Part shown: positions 53,483 to 63,065 of the stretch, one piece after another
Layout of the letters: every line of letters begins with the position of its first letter
How positions within the stretch are numbered: the first letter of the stretch is position 1
DNA from: Mycobacterium phage prophiT36-1
Sequence record: OQ417966.1
Length of the DNA: 64,000 nucleotides
Strand: one strand, 5' to 3'
The notes under the pieces: generated by a model
Seen by the model: the letters and a program-made list of their open reading frames with translations, nothing else
Told to the model about the DNA's origin: nothing
The model's database searches: none
Program-made: the position numbers and the translations under genes

Positions 53483-54759
53483 GCGAGCACTTCGGGATCG
53501 TCGGCGACGCCATAGCTCCGCTGCCCTGGATGCAGATGCGCCACCTCAAAGGCGCCGAAGTGCCTTCGGTGTCAAAGTCTTACGACACATCAGGTGGCGG
53601 CAACAAGAACGACGCAGTCCACGCTGTCGTGGTGTCCTGGACGAACAACACACCGATTCCGCAATCGGTCTACGGCATGGTGACCCGGGAGGGCGCCCAG
53701 GTGACGCTGCAGGCACGGTCCCGCGGCTACCTGCTCACCCTCCACGGCCGCGATATCACCGCAACCGCGGCGGTGCCGACATCGTGGGACATGGCCGAGG
53801 TCAGCAAGTTCGGTATCGGCGGCGACATCGGTAAGGGCGGAATCCTGGCTCTCGGCACCGGATTCGGGGTCAGCGAGATCCGGCAGAACTCCGCCAGCAT
53901 CCCGTTGATGCCGCACTGGACCGGCTGGAGCATCGTGGCACCCGGGCAGACGTTCCACGGCCGGGTGGAGGTGCGGTTCCGGACGGACTTCTGGGAGAAC
54001 ACCTCGATCGATGGCGGTGACCAAAACACCGAGTCGGGCTTCATCTCCGGCGGCACCCGACTGGATCTCTACGCCACCCCGGTCATCGGTGAGCCACCTG
54101 TCTTGTCGACCCCCACGGTTGTCGGGATAGAGCACTCGGTGAACAACACCTTCCACACCGACGTCGATGTGCCCGCGGGCACTGCCTTAGGCGACATGCT
54201 TATTGCGGTGGTATCCAACCAGTTCGGGCTCATCAGCGACATCAAGCCCGAGCAGACCGGCTGGACACAGGTCCACGCCCGCGACGGCGGCTGGGAAGAC
54301 GCCCACATGAAGGTGTACGTACGGGCCGCCAAAGCCACCGAACCGGCCTCCTACACGTTCGGCAACGGCCTACTGGCTGAGTCCATCGCACACCTGATCA
54401 CCGTGCGCGGCGCCAACCAGCTGCTCGATGAGGGCTGGCAGTTCGCATCATCGCTACGCAAGAGATGGTGGGAACGCTACGACGGCCATATCTGCCCATC
54501 GATCGACCGCGCCGGACAACTGCTGCTGTTGGTGTCCTACATTCCGCACAACGCGCTCCAAACCACATTCACGCAGACCGTGCCGGCCGGGACGACGGAA
54601 CTGGAGAATGTGGACGGGAACCTGGCATGCAGCGCCGTGGCCGCGCTGCCGAACCCGCCGCGGCCGACAGGGGAGCGCACGTTCGTCGCATCAGAGGAAC
54701 CGTCCTGGGCCGGCCGCTCCATCACGGCATCGATCCTGGTGCCCGGCAAGTTCCAGTAG
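53479..54759 (+). CDS. minor tail protein
   Basis: ATGA coupling; 426 aa. Confidence 0.55.
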   Translation: MSEHFGIVGDAIAPLPWMQMRHLKGAEVPSVSKSYDTSGGGNKNDAVHAVVVSWTNNTPIPQSVYGMVTREGAQVTLQARSRGYLLTLHGRDITATAAVPTSWDMAEVSKFGIGGDIGKGGILALGTGFGVSEIRQNSASIPLMPHWTGWSIVAPGQTFHGRVEVRFRTDFWENTSIDGGDQNTESGFISGGTRLDLYATPVIGEPPVLSTPTVVGIEHSVNNTFHTDVDVPAGTALGDMLIAVVSNQFGLISDIKPEQTGWTQVHARDGGWEDAHMKVYVRAAKATEPASYTFGNGLLAESIAHLITVRGANQLLDEGWQFASSLRKRWWERYDGHICPSIDRAGQLLLLVSYIPHNALQTTFTQTVPAGTTELENVDGNLACSAVAALPNPPRPTGERTFVASEEPSWAGRSITASILVPGKFQ

Positions 54760-54778
54760 TTGCGCCTCGGAGGTTCAC

Positions 54779-55129
54779 ATGTACGACCCGCCAGACAGTT
54801 TCGACGACATGCTCGGTGACGCGGACCTCGTCCCGCAGACGGGCCCGTTCGTCCCGCTCGAAGTCCCCGGTGTCGGGGTCGTCAGGGCGCGCCGGCCGAT
54901 GCCCAACGCCGTGCCGGTGCTGGCCATGTCGGTGAACGCCAAGATCGATGTTGTCGACAAGCAGGGCTACCTGACCTTGTTCCTGCAGAATCACCTGGAA
55001 TCCGGTGAGCACGAACGCATCTTGGTCACCATGATGGGCGGCGAACTGCCGGCCGACAGCATGGGCAGGGTTGCCCGCGCGATAGCGACATGGGGCACGG
55101 CCCGCCCTACCTTGCCGTCATCACGCTAA
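54779..55129 (+). CDS. hypothetical tail-region protein
   Basis: ORF in array. Confidence 0.4.
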   Translation: MYDPPDSFDDMLGDADLVPQTGPFVPLEVPGVGVVRARRPMPNAVPVLAMSVNAKIDVVDKQGYLTLFLQNHLESGEHERILVTMMGGELPADSMGRVARAIATWGTARPTLPSSR

Positions 55130-55134
55130 GTGTG

Positions 55135-55461
55135 ATGGCGGCTACTCACTGGCGGGCGATTCGGACCCGGATGCGGGGCGACGGTATCGCTGATCCGATG
55201 CGGCAGTTGCCGCACATGCACGCACTGATCGACGAAGCCGAGAAGGTGTGGCTGGAGGCCCTGCACACCGGCAACGAGGAAAAGGACAAGCAAGAGCGCG
55301 AGCAGCTGTTGGACCGGCTGTATGCGCCGACCACAGACGACGCCGAGACGCTGAACGGCGACGGATACCAAGCCAAACGCACGCCGCCGCCCGGGTTTGA
55401 AGATCCGGCCGAGGTCGAGGCCAACTTCGATGCGGTCGCGCGGGCTTTCGGCGGCCGGTAG
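55135..55461 (+). CDS. hypothetical protein
   Basis: ORF in array; start uncertain (GTG 55132 or ATG 55135). Confidence 0.35.
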   Translation: MAATHWRAIRTRMRGDGIADPMRQLPHMHALIDEAEKVWLEALHTGNEEKDKQEREQLLDRLYAPTTDDAETLNGDGYQAKRTPPPGFEDPAEVEANFDAVARAFGGR

Positions 55462-55490
55462 TTGCACGCCGCCGCCTTAGCCTGCCCGGC

Positions 55491-55904
55491 ATGGCGAAGG
55501 TGGTCCCGTATCTCGACACGTCGGCCCCGCGCGGCCAGCGCCTCGCACCGGAGATGCGTGAGGAGATAGCCGAAGCCGCGCCGTCGACCCTGAACGATGG
55601 CGCGGTCAAGACAGCGAAGCTGGCCGAAGGAGCAGTCACCGAACTGAAACTGGCTGCCGGAGCGGTTACTTCTCCCAAGATCGCGTCGAAGGGCGTCAAG
55701 GCCGTCAACATCGACGACGCTGCCGTTGGCACACCCCAGCTGGCCGCTGGTGCTGTCACCGCAGCCAAGGCCGGCGTCGGTGTTGTCACCGCCCACGACA
55801 GCGCAGGCAACGCCATCAAGCTCGACGCAGTGCCCATGACCTCGACCGACTACACAGCGCTGACGACCAAAGAACCCAACGTCCTCTACCTGCTGAGCGA
55901 CTGA
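55491..55904 (+). CDS. minor tail protein with GAVT repeats
   Basis: Repeats AEGAVTELKLAAGAVTSPKIA...AAGAVTAAKAGVGVVT. Confidence 0.5.
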   Translation: MAKVVPYLDTSAPRGQRLAPEMREEIAEAAPSTLNDGAVKTAKLAEGAVTELKLAAGAVTSPKIASKGVKAVNIDDAAVGTPQLAAGAVTAAKAGVGVVTAHDSAGNAIKLDAVPMTSTDYTALTTKEPNVLYLLSD

Positions 55905-56602
55905 TGCCCGGTATCTACCTCGGCGGCACCGCTATCAAGGCAATGATGCTCGGCGAGAAGGCCATCACCCGGGCGTATCTCGGCGAAACCCTGGTGTGGT
56001 CAGCGAACCGAATCCGCGACGACTTCAACCGCGCTGACGGCGATCTCGGCGTCAACTGGGTGATCAGCCCCAGCATCGACGGCTATAAGCCCAGTGTGGT
56101 CGGCAATGTGTGCCGCCTCGGAGTGCCGGACGGGCTGCTCTCGCTGCAGCTGAACGGCGCTCACGCCCGCTACGTCGCCACGCTGGACCGCGACGACGGC
56201 TATGTGGAGTTCCGCATCGGCAGCCAGGGTTCAGGGCCGAGCCTAACCGGTGACCTGTGTAGAACCACGATCCTGGGGCGCGGGTCCAACAATGCTGTCA
56301 CCGGTGGCGTTGGGGTGCAAATGGATTCATCGACGCTGCGGATCGTGCGGAGGGCCGGGGTGGACACTGTGGTCAAGACGATCGGCACATTCGGCGCTGG
56401 CGATGTCATCCGGCACAACTTCGTCGGGAACGTGCACACGTTCCGCCGCAACGGCAGCCTGCTCGAAGAGTGGAACGACGAGAACGCCACCGCCCCCAAG
56501 GGAACAGGGAACCGGTCGCTGATCATCTCCGTGCAGGGTTCCAAGGATCTTCTGGGGCCACGCAGGTTTGGCCCCGCGATCGACTACGTGGAGATGGGCT
56601 GA
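55904..56602 (+). CDS. tail fibre-like minor tail protein
   Basis: Last structural ORF; ATGA coupling. Confidence 0.5.
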   Translation: MPGIYLGGTAIKAMMLGEKAITRAYLGETLVWSANRIRDDFNRADGDLGVNWVISPSIDGYKPSVVGNVCRLGVPDGLLSLQLNGAHARYVATLDRDDGYVEFRIGSQGSGPSLTGDLCRTTILGRGSNNAVTGGVGVQMDSSTLRIVRRAGVDTVVKTIGTFGAGDVIRHNFVGNVHTFRRNGSLLEEWNDENATAPKGTGNRSLIISVQGSKDLLGPRRFGPAIDYVEMG

Positions 56603-56832
56603 TGTCGGCCAAGTCCTTCGCGCAGCTCGTCAAGTATCCGCTGTTCTACATCGCGCTGGCCGGGGTCTCGTTCCGGATTGGTTGGTGTGCAGCCCATTAC
56701 GTCAGTGACCGCATGGACAACTTTGATCCAGATATCGGTAGGGGTTATGTTCTGTTGAGACGTTTGTCTTGGAGGTATGTCGATGAGCGATCGAGCGTAT
56801 CGGGTTGTTTACGGAGCTTACGCTGGGCTTGA
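56602..56832 (+). pseudogene. Putative truncated small TM (holin-like?) gene at the prophage / inserted-element junction
   Basis: ATGA-coupled ORF encodes one TM helix (LVKYPLFYIALAGVSFRIGWCAAHYV), then runs into lower-GC DNA and overlaps the start of the first recombinase. Confidence 0.3.
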
Positions 56833-58171
56833 CGCAGCCGAGGTGCAGTTTCCCGGTGTGACCCGATGCCTTCCATCTGTGGAGCAGCAGTTCGGGGATG
56901 GGTTTCCTGTGCTTGTTGATGCCGATGGTTTGCCGGTGGAGGAATCGTTGGCGTTTCTAGTATCGCGGGTAGGGGCATCGACCTCAACATTGGCGCAGTA
57001 CGCACGCGCTTTGATGGGGTTTGTCGAATTCCTGGGCTACCGGGGGGACGCCCGGCTTTTAGATGCGGCGCCCCGTGACTTGACGGCGTACCGGTTGTAC
57101 CGAACGAGGACGGGGGAATCTCCTGTCTCGGAATACTCGTTCCGGGTGGAAGCCTCGGCACTGCGACAGTTCTATGCGTGGGCAGTTGAGACTGGCCTCC
57201 TGGAGCGCTCTCCTGTCAAGCAGTTGTCACGCAATGGCTGGGACAACCTTTCTACCAACAGAATGCGTCATTCTAAGATTCGTCATGTAGATAAGTTTCT
57301 GTACGAAGCACTGCTGCGAGCGGCTGCTCAGGGCAGCGTGGATGCGGGCGTTCGGAGTGCTTCGCTACGGAATGTGGCTGCAATCAAGACATTTGCAACG
57401 ACTGGGCTTCGCCTTGGTGAGCTTGCGAGCCTTCTGACCTTCGATATTGATCATGCTGTCAGATTGCGCCGGGCGCTATCTGTGGAGATGGAGTCGATCA
57501 CAAAGTACCGAGTCAACCGCAATGCGTTGATTCCGTTCTATGCCACAGACGCGATCCGGCGGTATCGAAAACTTGAGCGCCCTAACGTGGTGGTTCGGCA
57601 TCAGCGCGCGTTGGGCAAACGTCTGGACAGTCTTTTTGTGATCAGCGATTTCAATGAATCCACTCGCCGTGTCTCCGGCCGGTGGCGAGGTCGACGGCAC
57701 CAGTATCTGCTGCATTTGGTGCCTGTTGAGCTGCGGTTGAAGGCTGTTTCAGTTAATTCAAATGGCAGCGTGGAGCCGCTGTGTTTGTTCTTGAGCGATA
57801 GCCGAGGGCAAGGGATGACGAGGTCTGGGTGGGAAGGAGTGTTCTCCGAGGTCAGTGATCAGATGATGCGCCAGGATCCGACGGATGGGCGGATCCGGAA
57901 GGTCACCCCGCATGATCTGCGGCATACGTTCGCTATCAATTATTTGAGGGCGGCCCATGGGGAACGGGCCAAAGTGCTCCAGGAGACACCGTTCAAGGAT
58001 GGGCCGCCGCTGCGTGATCCGTTGATCGATCTTCAAGAGCTGTTGGGACATGCGACCGCAGCACAAACGATGCGTTACTTGAGGTATGTCGAGGACATCG
58101 ACCGACTCATTGCGTCGGCTGTTCCCGGCCAGGGTGATGCGGGAGGGGGCGAGCATGCCCCGCAGAAATGA
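56777..58171 (+). CDS. Tyrosine recombinase A (phage integrase family)
   Basis: VTPHDLRHTFAINYLRAAHG...LLGHATAAQTMRYLRYV (HxxR...Y catalytic motifs). Confidence 0.8.
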   Translation: MSMSDRAYRVVYGAYAGLDAAEVQFPGVTRCLPSVEQQFGDGFPVLVDADGLPVEESLAFLVSRVGASTSTLAQYARALMGFVEFLGYRGDARLLDAAPRDLTAYRLYRTRTGESPVSEYSFRVEASALRQFYAWAVETGLLERSPVKQLSRNGWDNLSTNRMRHSKIRHVDKFLYEALLRAAAQGSVDAGVRSASLRNVAAIKTFATTGLRLGELASLLTFDIDHAVRLRRALSVEMESITKYRVNRNALIPFYATDAIRRYRKLERPNVVVRHQRALGKRLDSLFVISDFNESTRRVSGRWRGRRHQYLLHLVPVELRLKAVSVNSNGSVEPLCLFLSDSRGQGMTRSGWEGVFSEVSDQMMRQDPTDGRIRKVTPHDLRHTFAINYLRAAHGERAKVLQETPFKDGPPLRDPLIDLQELLGHATAAQTMRYLRYVEDIDRLIASAVPGQGDAGGGEHAPQK

Positions 58172-60059
58172 ACGCAAGGACCTCGACCGTGAGGGTGTTG
58201 ACGTTGCGCGAGGCGCCGCCGAATCTCGGCCAGCTGCGGTGGGAGTTCGCAGGCTCGCTCAACCGGGCAGGCCCGGCATGCAGGGGACCGCACAGATAGA
58301 TCCCAGCTCATACCAATGCCGCCGTCTGGCGGCCCAGCTGGCCGACCAGTGGGTTGAGATGGCGGCTGGGCGTTCGCGCTCGGTGATCGCCGTTCACCGT
58401 CAGGCGCTTGATAATTTCCTGAAATATGTTGATAAGTTGCATGATTCAGATGTGAGCCTGGATCATGATCCCGCGGTAGTAATGGCGGTGTTTGATGCAT
58501 GGGCCAAGGATCTGATTGCACTGTATGACGAAAATTCGATCATGCCGTACCGGATGTCGAACATCGTCCAGACACAGATGGCTGGTGCTGTTGTCGATGG
58601 GGTGATCACCGACGAGGTGTTGGCAGCATATGCGCGTGGGCCCGCGGTAGTCCCGAAACCGCGAGCACAACCGCTCGACGAGTTCAGTAAAGACGAACTC
58701 AAGCGCATGGTGCTGGCTGCGCGCGCACATATACGAGCAGCTCGAAAGATCAGGGAATGGGCCACGAAAACTATCCGTGCGTACGAATCTGGGAAATTGA
58801 CCCACGCGGATCAACGCTGTCTGGGCCACATGCTGCAGATGGCTACCCGAGGCGAGCGCATCGCCATACAACAGCCGTGGGATGCACATCCGGAGTCGCT
58901 GCGCGATCTCTTCCCCGACGAGGCCTGGTCGCTTTATCAGGCAACAGGCCTGAACGAGACGAAGAATTCAGTTGCCTTGTCCTGCTACCGCGCGACCCTC
59001 GCCCGGCCAATCGACCTGGTTCCTTATCGGGTATTGCTTATGGCAGGCACAGGCGTTGCAGTGGAAGAGATCTCGGCATTGACTGTGTCAGATATCGAAT
59101 GGCTCGAAGATGGCGTCAGAGTGCAGATGACCAAATCGCGAGCCCGGCGGTCAAAAGGACGGTACTTCCCAGGATCCGCTGAGCGCGGTGGCTGGGATGT
59201 TCCCGCGCTTTTGCAGTCGCTGCTGGATTTCACTGAACCGGTCCGCGCGATCGCAGGTGCACAGTTCCAGGACTGCCTGTGGCTATCGTTCAAGACAAAA
59301 AGACAGTCCCACAGTGAATCTGGTTGCGCCCCGGCTCCCGCAGACTTCGGAACCGCCAACTTGGCATCCTGGATCGATTCGGTCAAGACAGTCCACGACA
59401 TGGGCGATATTTCCACCCCACATGACATGCGGCGGATACGTAAGACAAAGGTCGCCCAGCGTGCAATTGATCTGCGTGGCGCAATGGCCGACATCGCTGG
59501 CGATGACCACACCAGCAGAGTCTTCTTCCAGCATTACGGACAGACAACATCGCTGAAAGTGTATTCAGGATCGGTAATTTCGGGCTTCCAAACCTCACTC
59601 GCTGAGGCAGTAAAGACAGGCTTCACTGCCTTCCTGGACAGACGTGCTGCGGTACCGGCGTCGATCTTGACCGAGGCGCTGCCCATCGAGCCCGCTCAGG
59701 CACACAGTCTGCGCTCCGGTGCTCACGACATGGGAGTTGTCGACTGCCAGAACCCGTTTAACTCGCCCTTTACCAAACAAGGCAAGTTATGTGGGTCCGC
59801 GCCCTTATCATGTCTGATGTGCGAGAACGCGGTTGTCTTCACCGACCATCTCCCCAACATCGTGGCGCTTATACAAGCAATGGACAACGCGAAGCGGTCA
59901 CTGGCACCCGATGACTGGATTGCCACCTGGGGGCGGCAATACGCTGCGGCGCAGGCATTGATGTCATCGGTGCCCGAACGAGCTCGCGCCGCCGCGGCGC
60001 GCAAGGCCGCTGCCGCGGTAACAGATCTGCCGGCCTGGTTGGGGCCGGGTAACCAGTGA
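58155..60059 (+). CDS. Tyrosine recombinase B (large, divergent)
   Basis: LMAGTGVAVEEISALTVSDIEW...VQMTKSRARR, PHDMRRIRKT (HxxR), FFQHYGQ (Tyr); overlaps gene A by 17 nt. Confidence 0.65.
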   Translation: MPRRNERKDLDREGVDVARGAAESRPAAVGVRRLAQPGRPGMQGTAQIDPSSYQCRRLAAQLADQWVEMAAGRSRSVIAVHRQALDNFLKYVDKLHDSDVSLDHDPAVVMAVFDAWAKDLIALYDENSIMPYRMSNIVQTQMAGAVVDGVITDEVLAAYARGPAVVPKPRAQPLDEFSKDELKRMVLAARAHIRAARKIREWATKTIRAYESGKLTHADQRCLGHMLQMATRGERIAIQQPWDAHPESLRDLFPDEAWSLYQATGLNETKNSVALSCYRATLARPIDLVPYRVLLMAGTGVAVEEISALTVSDIEWLEDGVRVQMTKSRARRSKGRYFPGSAERGGWDVPALLQSLLDFTEPVRAIAGAQFQDCLWLSFKTKRQSHSESGCAPAPADFGTANLASWIDSVKTVHDMGDISTPHDMRRIRKTKVAQRAIDLRGAMADIAGDDHTSRVFFQHYGQTTSLKVYSGSVISGFQTSLAEAVKTGFTAFLDRRAAVPASILTEALPIEPAQAHSLRSGAHDMGVVDCQNPFNSPFTKQGKLCGSAPLSCLMCENAVVFTDHLPNIVALIQAMDNAKRSLAPDDWIATWGRQYAAAQALMSSVPERARAAAARKAAAAVTDLPAWLGPGNQ

Positions 60060-62542
60060 AGACAGCACAGCTCGGTTCCCCAGGGCCAGTCGCGGCACCG
60101 GTTTCGTCCGACATCTTCGCCGACACCGAAGATGTATTCCTGTCCCGCCCGGACAGGATCGCTGGCGCCCCCGCATGCCTGTTTAGCGAGCAGGTATGGG
60201 ATGCGACGGGTGTGCTGCCTCGGCGCGCTAACATCGGCCGCCATCAATTGCGCATAATCTTTCCGCAGCATCCGGCGTGGTCGCTGCGGTCTCGTGAGAT
60301 TGCGATGACCTTGCTTAACAGCACCGACCCACGGTTGCTCGCACGATCGGTCTCCTTCGGCAGCCGTACGTTCTCCCTGGCGCATGTGCGATCGCGCTGC
60401 GAGACATACAAAACCGTGGCGGCGTGGCAGACAGCTCAAGGCTTACCTGACGACATTTCGGCCTGGGGCGCCCGCGACTGGGTAGCGATGGTCGAAGCCG
60501 AAATCGCCAGGGGCGTCAAAAACGGGACCGTGCGCAATCTCATCTGCGCTATCCGCGACCTTGTCTTCCTTGGGCCCATCTTGACTGGCGGCGGCATCGC
60601 ATCAGACCCATGGAACGGCAAGGCAACGAAACTCATCGCCAAAGGCGCCGTGGCAGGACGAACTGAAGTAATCGCCCCGGCACGTTGGATACCGCTGATA
60701 GGTGCGTGCTGGACATACATCGACACCTTCGCCGAAGACATCCTGAGTCTGCGTGTGAGCCATCAGTGTGACCTGCGCCCCGGCATGCCGGAATGGAGGC
60801 GCCGCTCGGAAGTAAGCGATGACGAGCTGCTCACCGCATACCTGGAGTCCTCCGGTGCCGTTATTCCCGCTAAGACTCGTGACGGTGGCCCGGACCCGAG
60901 CTGGTGGCGCCTATCCAAATTGGTAACCGCCGACCGGTCTTCGGCAATCTTCAAAGAAGACAGGGCAGCGGGGCGCCGCCGCAGAGAGATGGTGTATCAG
61001 GCGCTCGCCAACAACGTGGCCCGTTATGTAGCCCTCACTGCCAGTGAATTCGAAAATCTTTTGGCACAAGGGATTTCCAAGAAACTCGCGGGCAGCGATG
61101 CCGAGACCATAGTACGGATCCAGGGCGCCGACGAGATGCTCGATGCGTGGATTGACGCTGCCAGCAACCGAGTCGCAGTCACGTCCACAGAACTATGCAG
61201 CTCGCCGGGAAAGATCGCTGAAGACGACATCAATTGGGCATTGATGGAACGGATCGTGTTCCGTTCAGAAGGCGTGACTGGCCTGCTCGGGAAGGGCTGG
61301 GCAACCTCTGTCCGCCGCAGGCGCAAACTACTTAAACTCGCCCGCTCAGGCCGAGTTTTCGCATCCGCCAGTGGTGTCGGTGTGATGGGCGTACCGCGCG
61401 ACTGCACTGGCTTCACCCTAGTCGGCGCACCAGGCAGGCAGATCCCTTGGCGGGAATCAATGTCGGACTATGAGGCGCGGTGCGAACTGCGCGCCTTGCG
61501 GGCATCCTGCTATGTCTTCATCGCCGCGATAACAATGATGCGCGACAGTGAGATTCAAGATATGAAGCGAGGCTGTATACGTACCGATTACGGCGTCGCT
61601 TCTGTGAAATCACACCTTTACAAGGGGCGTTCGGGCAAGACGGTCGCACACTGGTGGATCATCGATGAAGTAGCCACAGCAATCAGAGTGCTGGAACGAC
61701 TCAGCTGTCATCCAGAGTATCTGTTCGCACGATTCGTCGACGGAGAACTCGAGAATCCTGAACCCGGTATCAGGTCAGGACTCGAGATTGCGTTTCTGCT
61801 CGATCATTTGGCGGCCACCGGCGCCCGAAGCGGGATCGCACCGGTGCCCGAGGGGCCCGTGATTTCCGCGCGAGCTCTGCGCCGTACCACTGCATCCATC
61901 AGCCGCGAACTGGGAGGCAACGAGCTTGCGGTAAGTCATCAACTCAAACACGCCATCAACTACGGCTACTCGAACGTTACCAGCGCCTATATGGCACCAG
62001 ACCCGGCATGGGCAGACCTGCTCAACACCAACAGGTCCGAGGACAACCTTGAGCACATGGTGACCGTCGTGCAGCAGTCCGCGCGCACCAGCGCCTCCTT
62101 GGCCGGTCGCGGCGGTGAGCGGCTGACCCAACAGATTGCCCAAGCGGTCGAACAGAGCGCAGGCCCTGGATACCCCGGTTCGGTGCTCTCCGATGAGGAG
62201 CTAGCCATCCTGCTGAGAAAAATCGCGCCGCAGATCCGTTTCGGACCTGCCAACGCGTGTCTGTACGACGAAGAGAACGCGCTATGTCGGCGCGATGCCA
62301 CCACCGAAATCCAGGGGCCGCTTCTGGGACTGTGTCAACCGTCGCGCTGCGCAAACTCGGTGATCGGTACCGAACACATGCCTGTGTGGGTCACCGAGTT
62401 GCAGACATTGCAGAAGACCATCGCCAGCCCCCGCGTGAGTCCGCCTCGACGACAGGCACTTTCAGAACGAATCACCGACGTACAGCACGTACTGAGCCAG
62501 CTCCAAACACGACCGCAAGCGGGCGACCATGGGCAGCCGTGA
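60056..62542 (+). CDS. Tyrosine recombinase C (very large, divergent)
   Basis: AITMMRDSEIQDMKRGCI...KSHLYKGRSGK, ARALRRTTA (RxxR in HxxR position), NYGYSNVTSAYM (Tyr); GTGA overlap with gene B. Confidence 0.6.
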   Translation: MKTAQLGSPGPVAAPVSSDIFADTEDVFLSRPDRIAGAPACLFSEQVWDATGVLPRRANIGRHQLRIIFPQHPAWSLRSREIAMTLLNSTDPRLLARSVSFGSRTFSLAHVRSRCETYKTVAAWQTAQGLPDDISAWGARDWVAMVEAEIARGVKNGTVRNLICAIRDLVFLGPILTGGGIASDPWNGKATKLIAKGAVAGRTEVIAPARWIPLIGACWTYIDTFAEDILSLRVSHQCDLRPGMPEWRRRSEVSDDELLTAYLESSGAVIPAKTRDGGPDPSWWRLSKLVTADRSSAIFKEDRAAGRRRREMVYQALANNVARYVALTASEFENLLAQGISKKLAGSDAETIVRIQGADEMLDAWIDAASNRVAVTSTELCSSPGKIAEDDINWALMERIVFRSEGVTGLLGKGWATSVRRRRKLLKLARSGRVFASASGVGVMGVPRDCTGFTLVGAPGRQIPWRESMSDYEARCELRALRASCYVFIAAITMMRDSEIQDMKRGCIRTDYGVASVKSHLYKGRSGKTVAHWWIIDEVATAIRVLERLSCHPEYLFARFVDGELENPEPGIRSGLEIAFLLDHLAATGARSGIAPVPEGPVISARALRRTTASISRELGGNELAVSHQLKHAINYGYSNVTSAYMAPDPAWADLLNTNRSEDNLEHMVTVVQQSARTSASLAGRGGERLTQQIAQAVEQSAGPGYPGSVLSDEELAILLRKIAPQIRFGPANACLYDEENALCRRDATTEIQGPLLGLCQPSRCANSVIGTEHMPVWVTELQTLQKTIASPRVSPPRRQALSERITDVQHVLSQLQTRPQAGDHGQP

Positions 62543-62927
62543 GGAAATCCGTGCCGCGATGGAACGCCTCCTAAACGGCGACGCCCAGCACACCGACGGA
62601 CGCCTAACCAAAACCAACCTTGCGGTAGAAGCCGGCGTGGGTCGGGCGACCCTCTACCGCCAGCACGACCTGATGGCCGAATGGGCGCGCCGCGTCACCG
62701 AATCAGACATCGCCCCACCCGCCGCGTCTGCCGCGGCCACGATCGCACACCTGACCCGACAGCTGGCCGACGAACGCTCCCGCCGCCGCGAATCCGACCG
62801 CATCGCCAACGGCCTGGCCTTCGTGGTAGCCGAGCTCTACCGCGCGCTAGAGGCTCGGACTCCCCCAAATTCTTCACGCGGCACGATCATCCCGATAAAC
62901 GCCAAAACGCGAAGGCGCGCAGACTAG
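62529..62927 (+). CDS. small HTH protein coupled to recombinase C (Tn554 TnpC-like position)
   Basis: LTKTNLAVEAGVGRATLYR HTH; start overlaps the end of gene C. Confidence 0.5.
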   Translation: MGSREEIRAAMERLLNGDAQHTDGRLTKTNLAVEAGVGRATLYRQHDLMAEWARRVTESDIAPPAASAAATIAHLTRQLADERSRRRESDRIANGLAFVVAELYRALEARTPPNSSRGTIIPINAKTRRRAD

Positions 62928-63065
62928 CCTGAGCCCATTTCACATACGAGCGAATGAGTTCATTGCTGATCGAAGCAGTACGGGATTCGTGCGTGGGAGC
63001 GGTGCCCGCCATGAATGGACAGCGCCGGCATCTGATCGGGACCGTTCGAGCGCGACTTACGTGGG

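Larger units (their letters stand above)
1..56700. mobile_element. Integrated temperate siphovirus prophage (lambda-like layout: attL-int-immunity-early-accessory-packaging-head-tail), right end interrupted by another element; attR not seen in the window
   Basis: tRNA 3' end followed by a tyrosine integrase, then HTH repressor/Cro pair, RecET-like genes, terminase, portal, MuF-protease, capsid, TMP and tail genes in canonical order. Confidence 0.85.
56700..63000. mobile_element. Inserted element carrying a tyrosine recombinase trio (RIT/Tn554-like) plus a small HTH gene; left boundary about 56.65-56.78 kb, right boundary unknown (may include the downstream helicase)
   Basis: Three overlapping, co-directional tyrosine recombinase genes; GC content visibly lower than the prophage; interrupts a prophage ORF. 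Confidence 0.6.

Noticed and set aside
56777-62542. Calling the recombinase trio a classical RIT element
   Set aside because: The sizes (464, about 634 and 828 aa) are far larger than typical RitA/B/C, and I could not see the terminal inverted repeats. I therefore describe it as RIT/Tn554-like rather than assigning it to either family.
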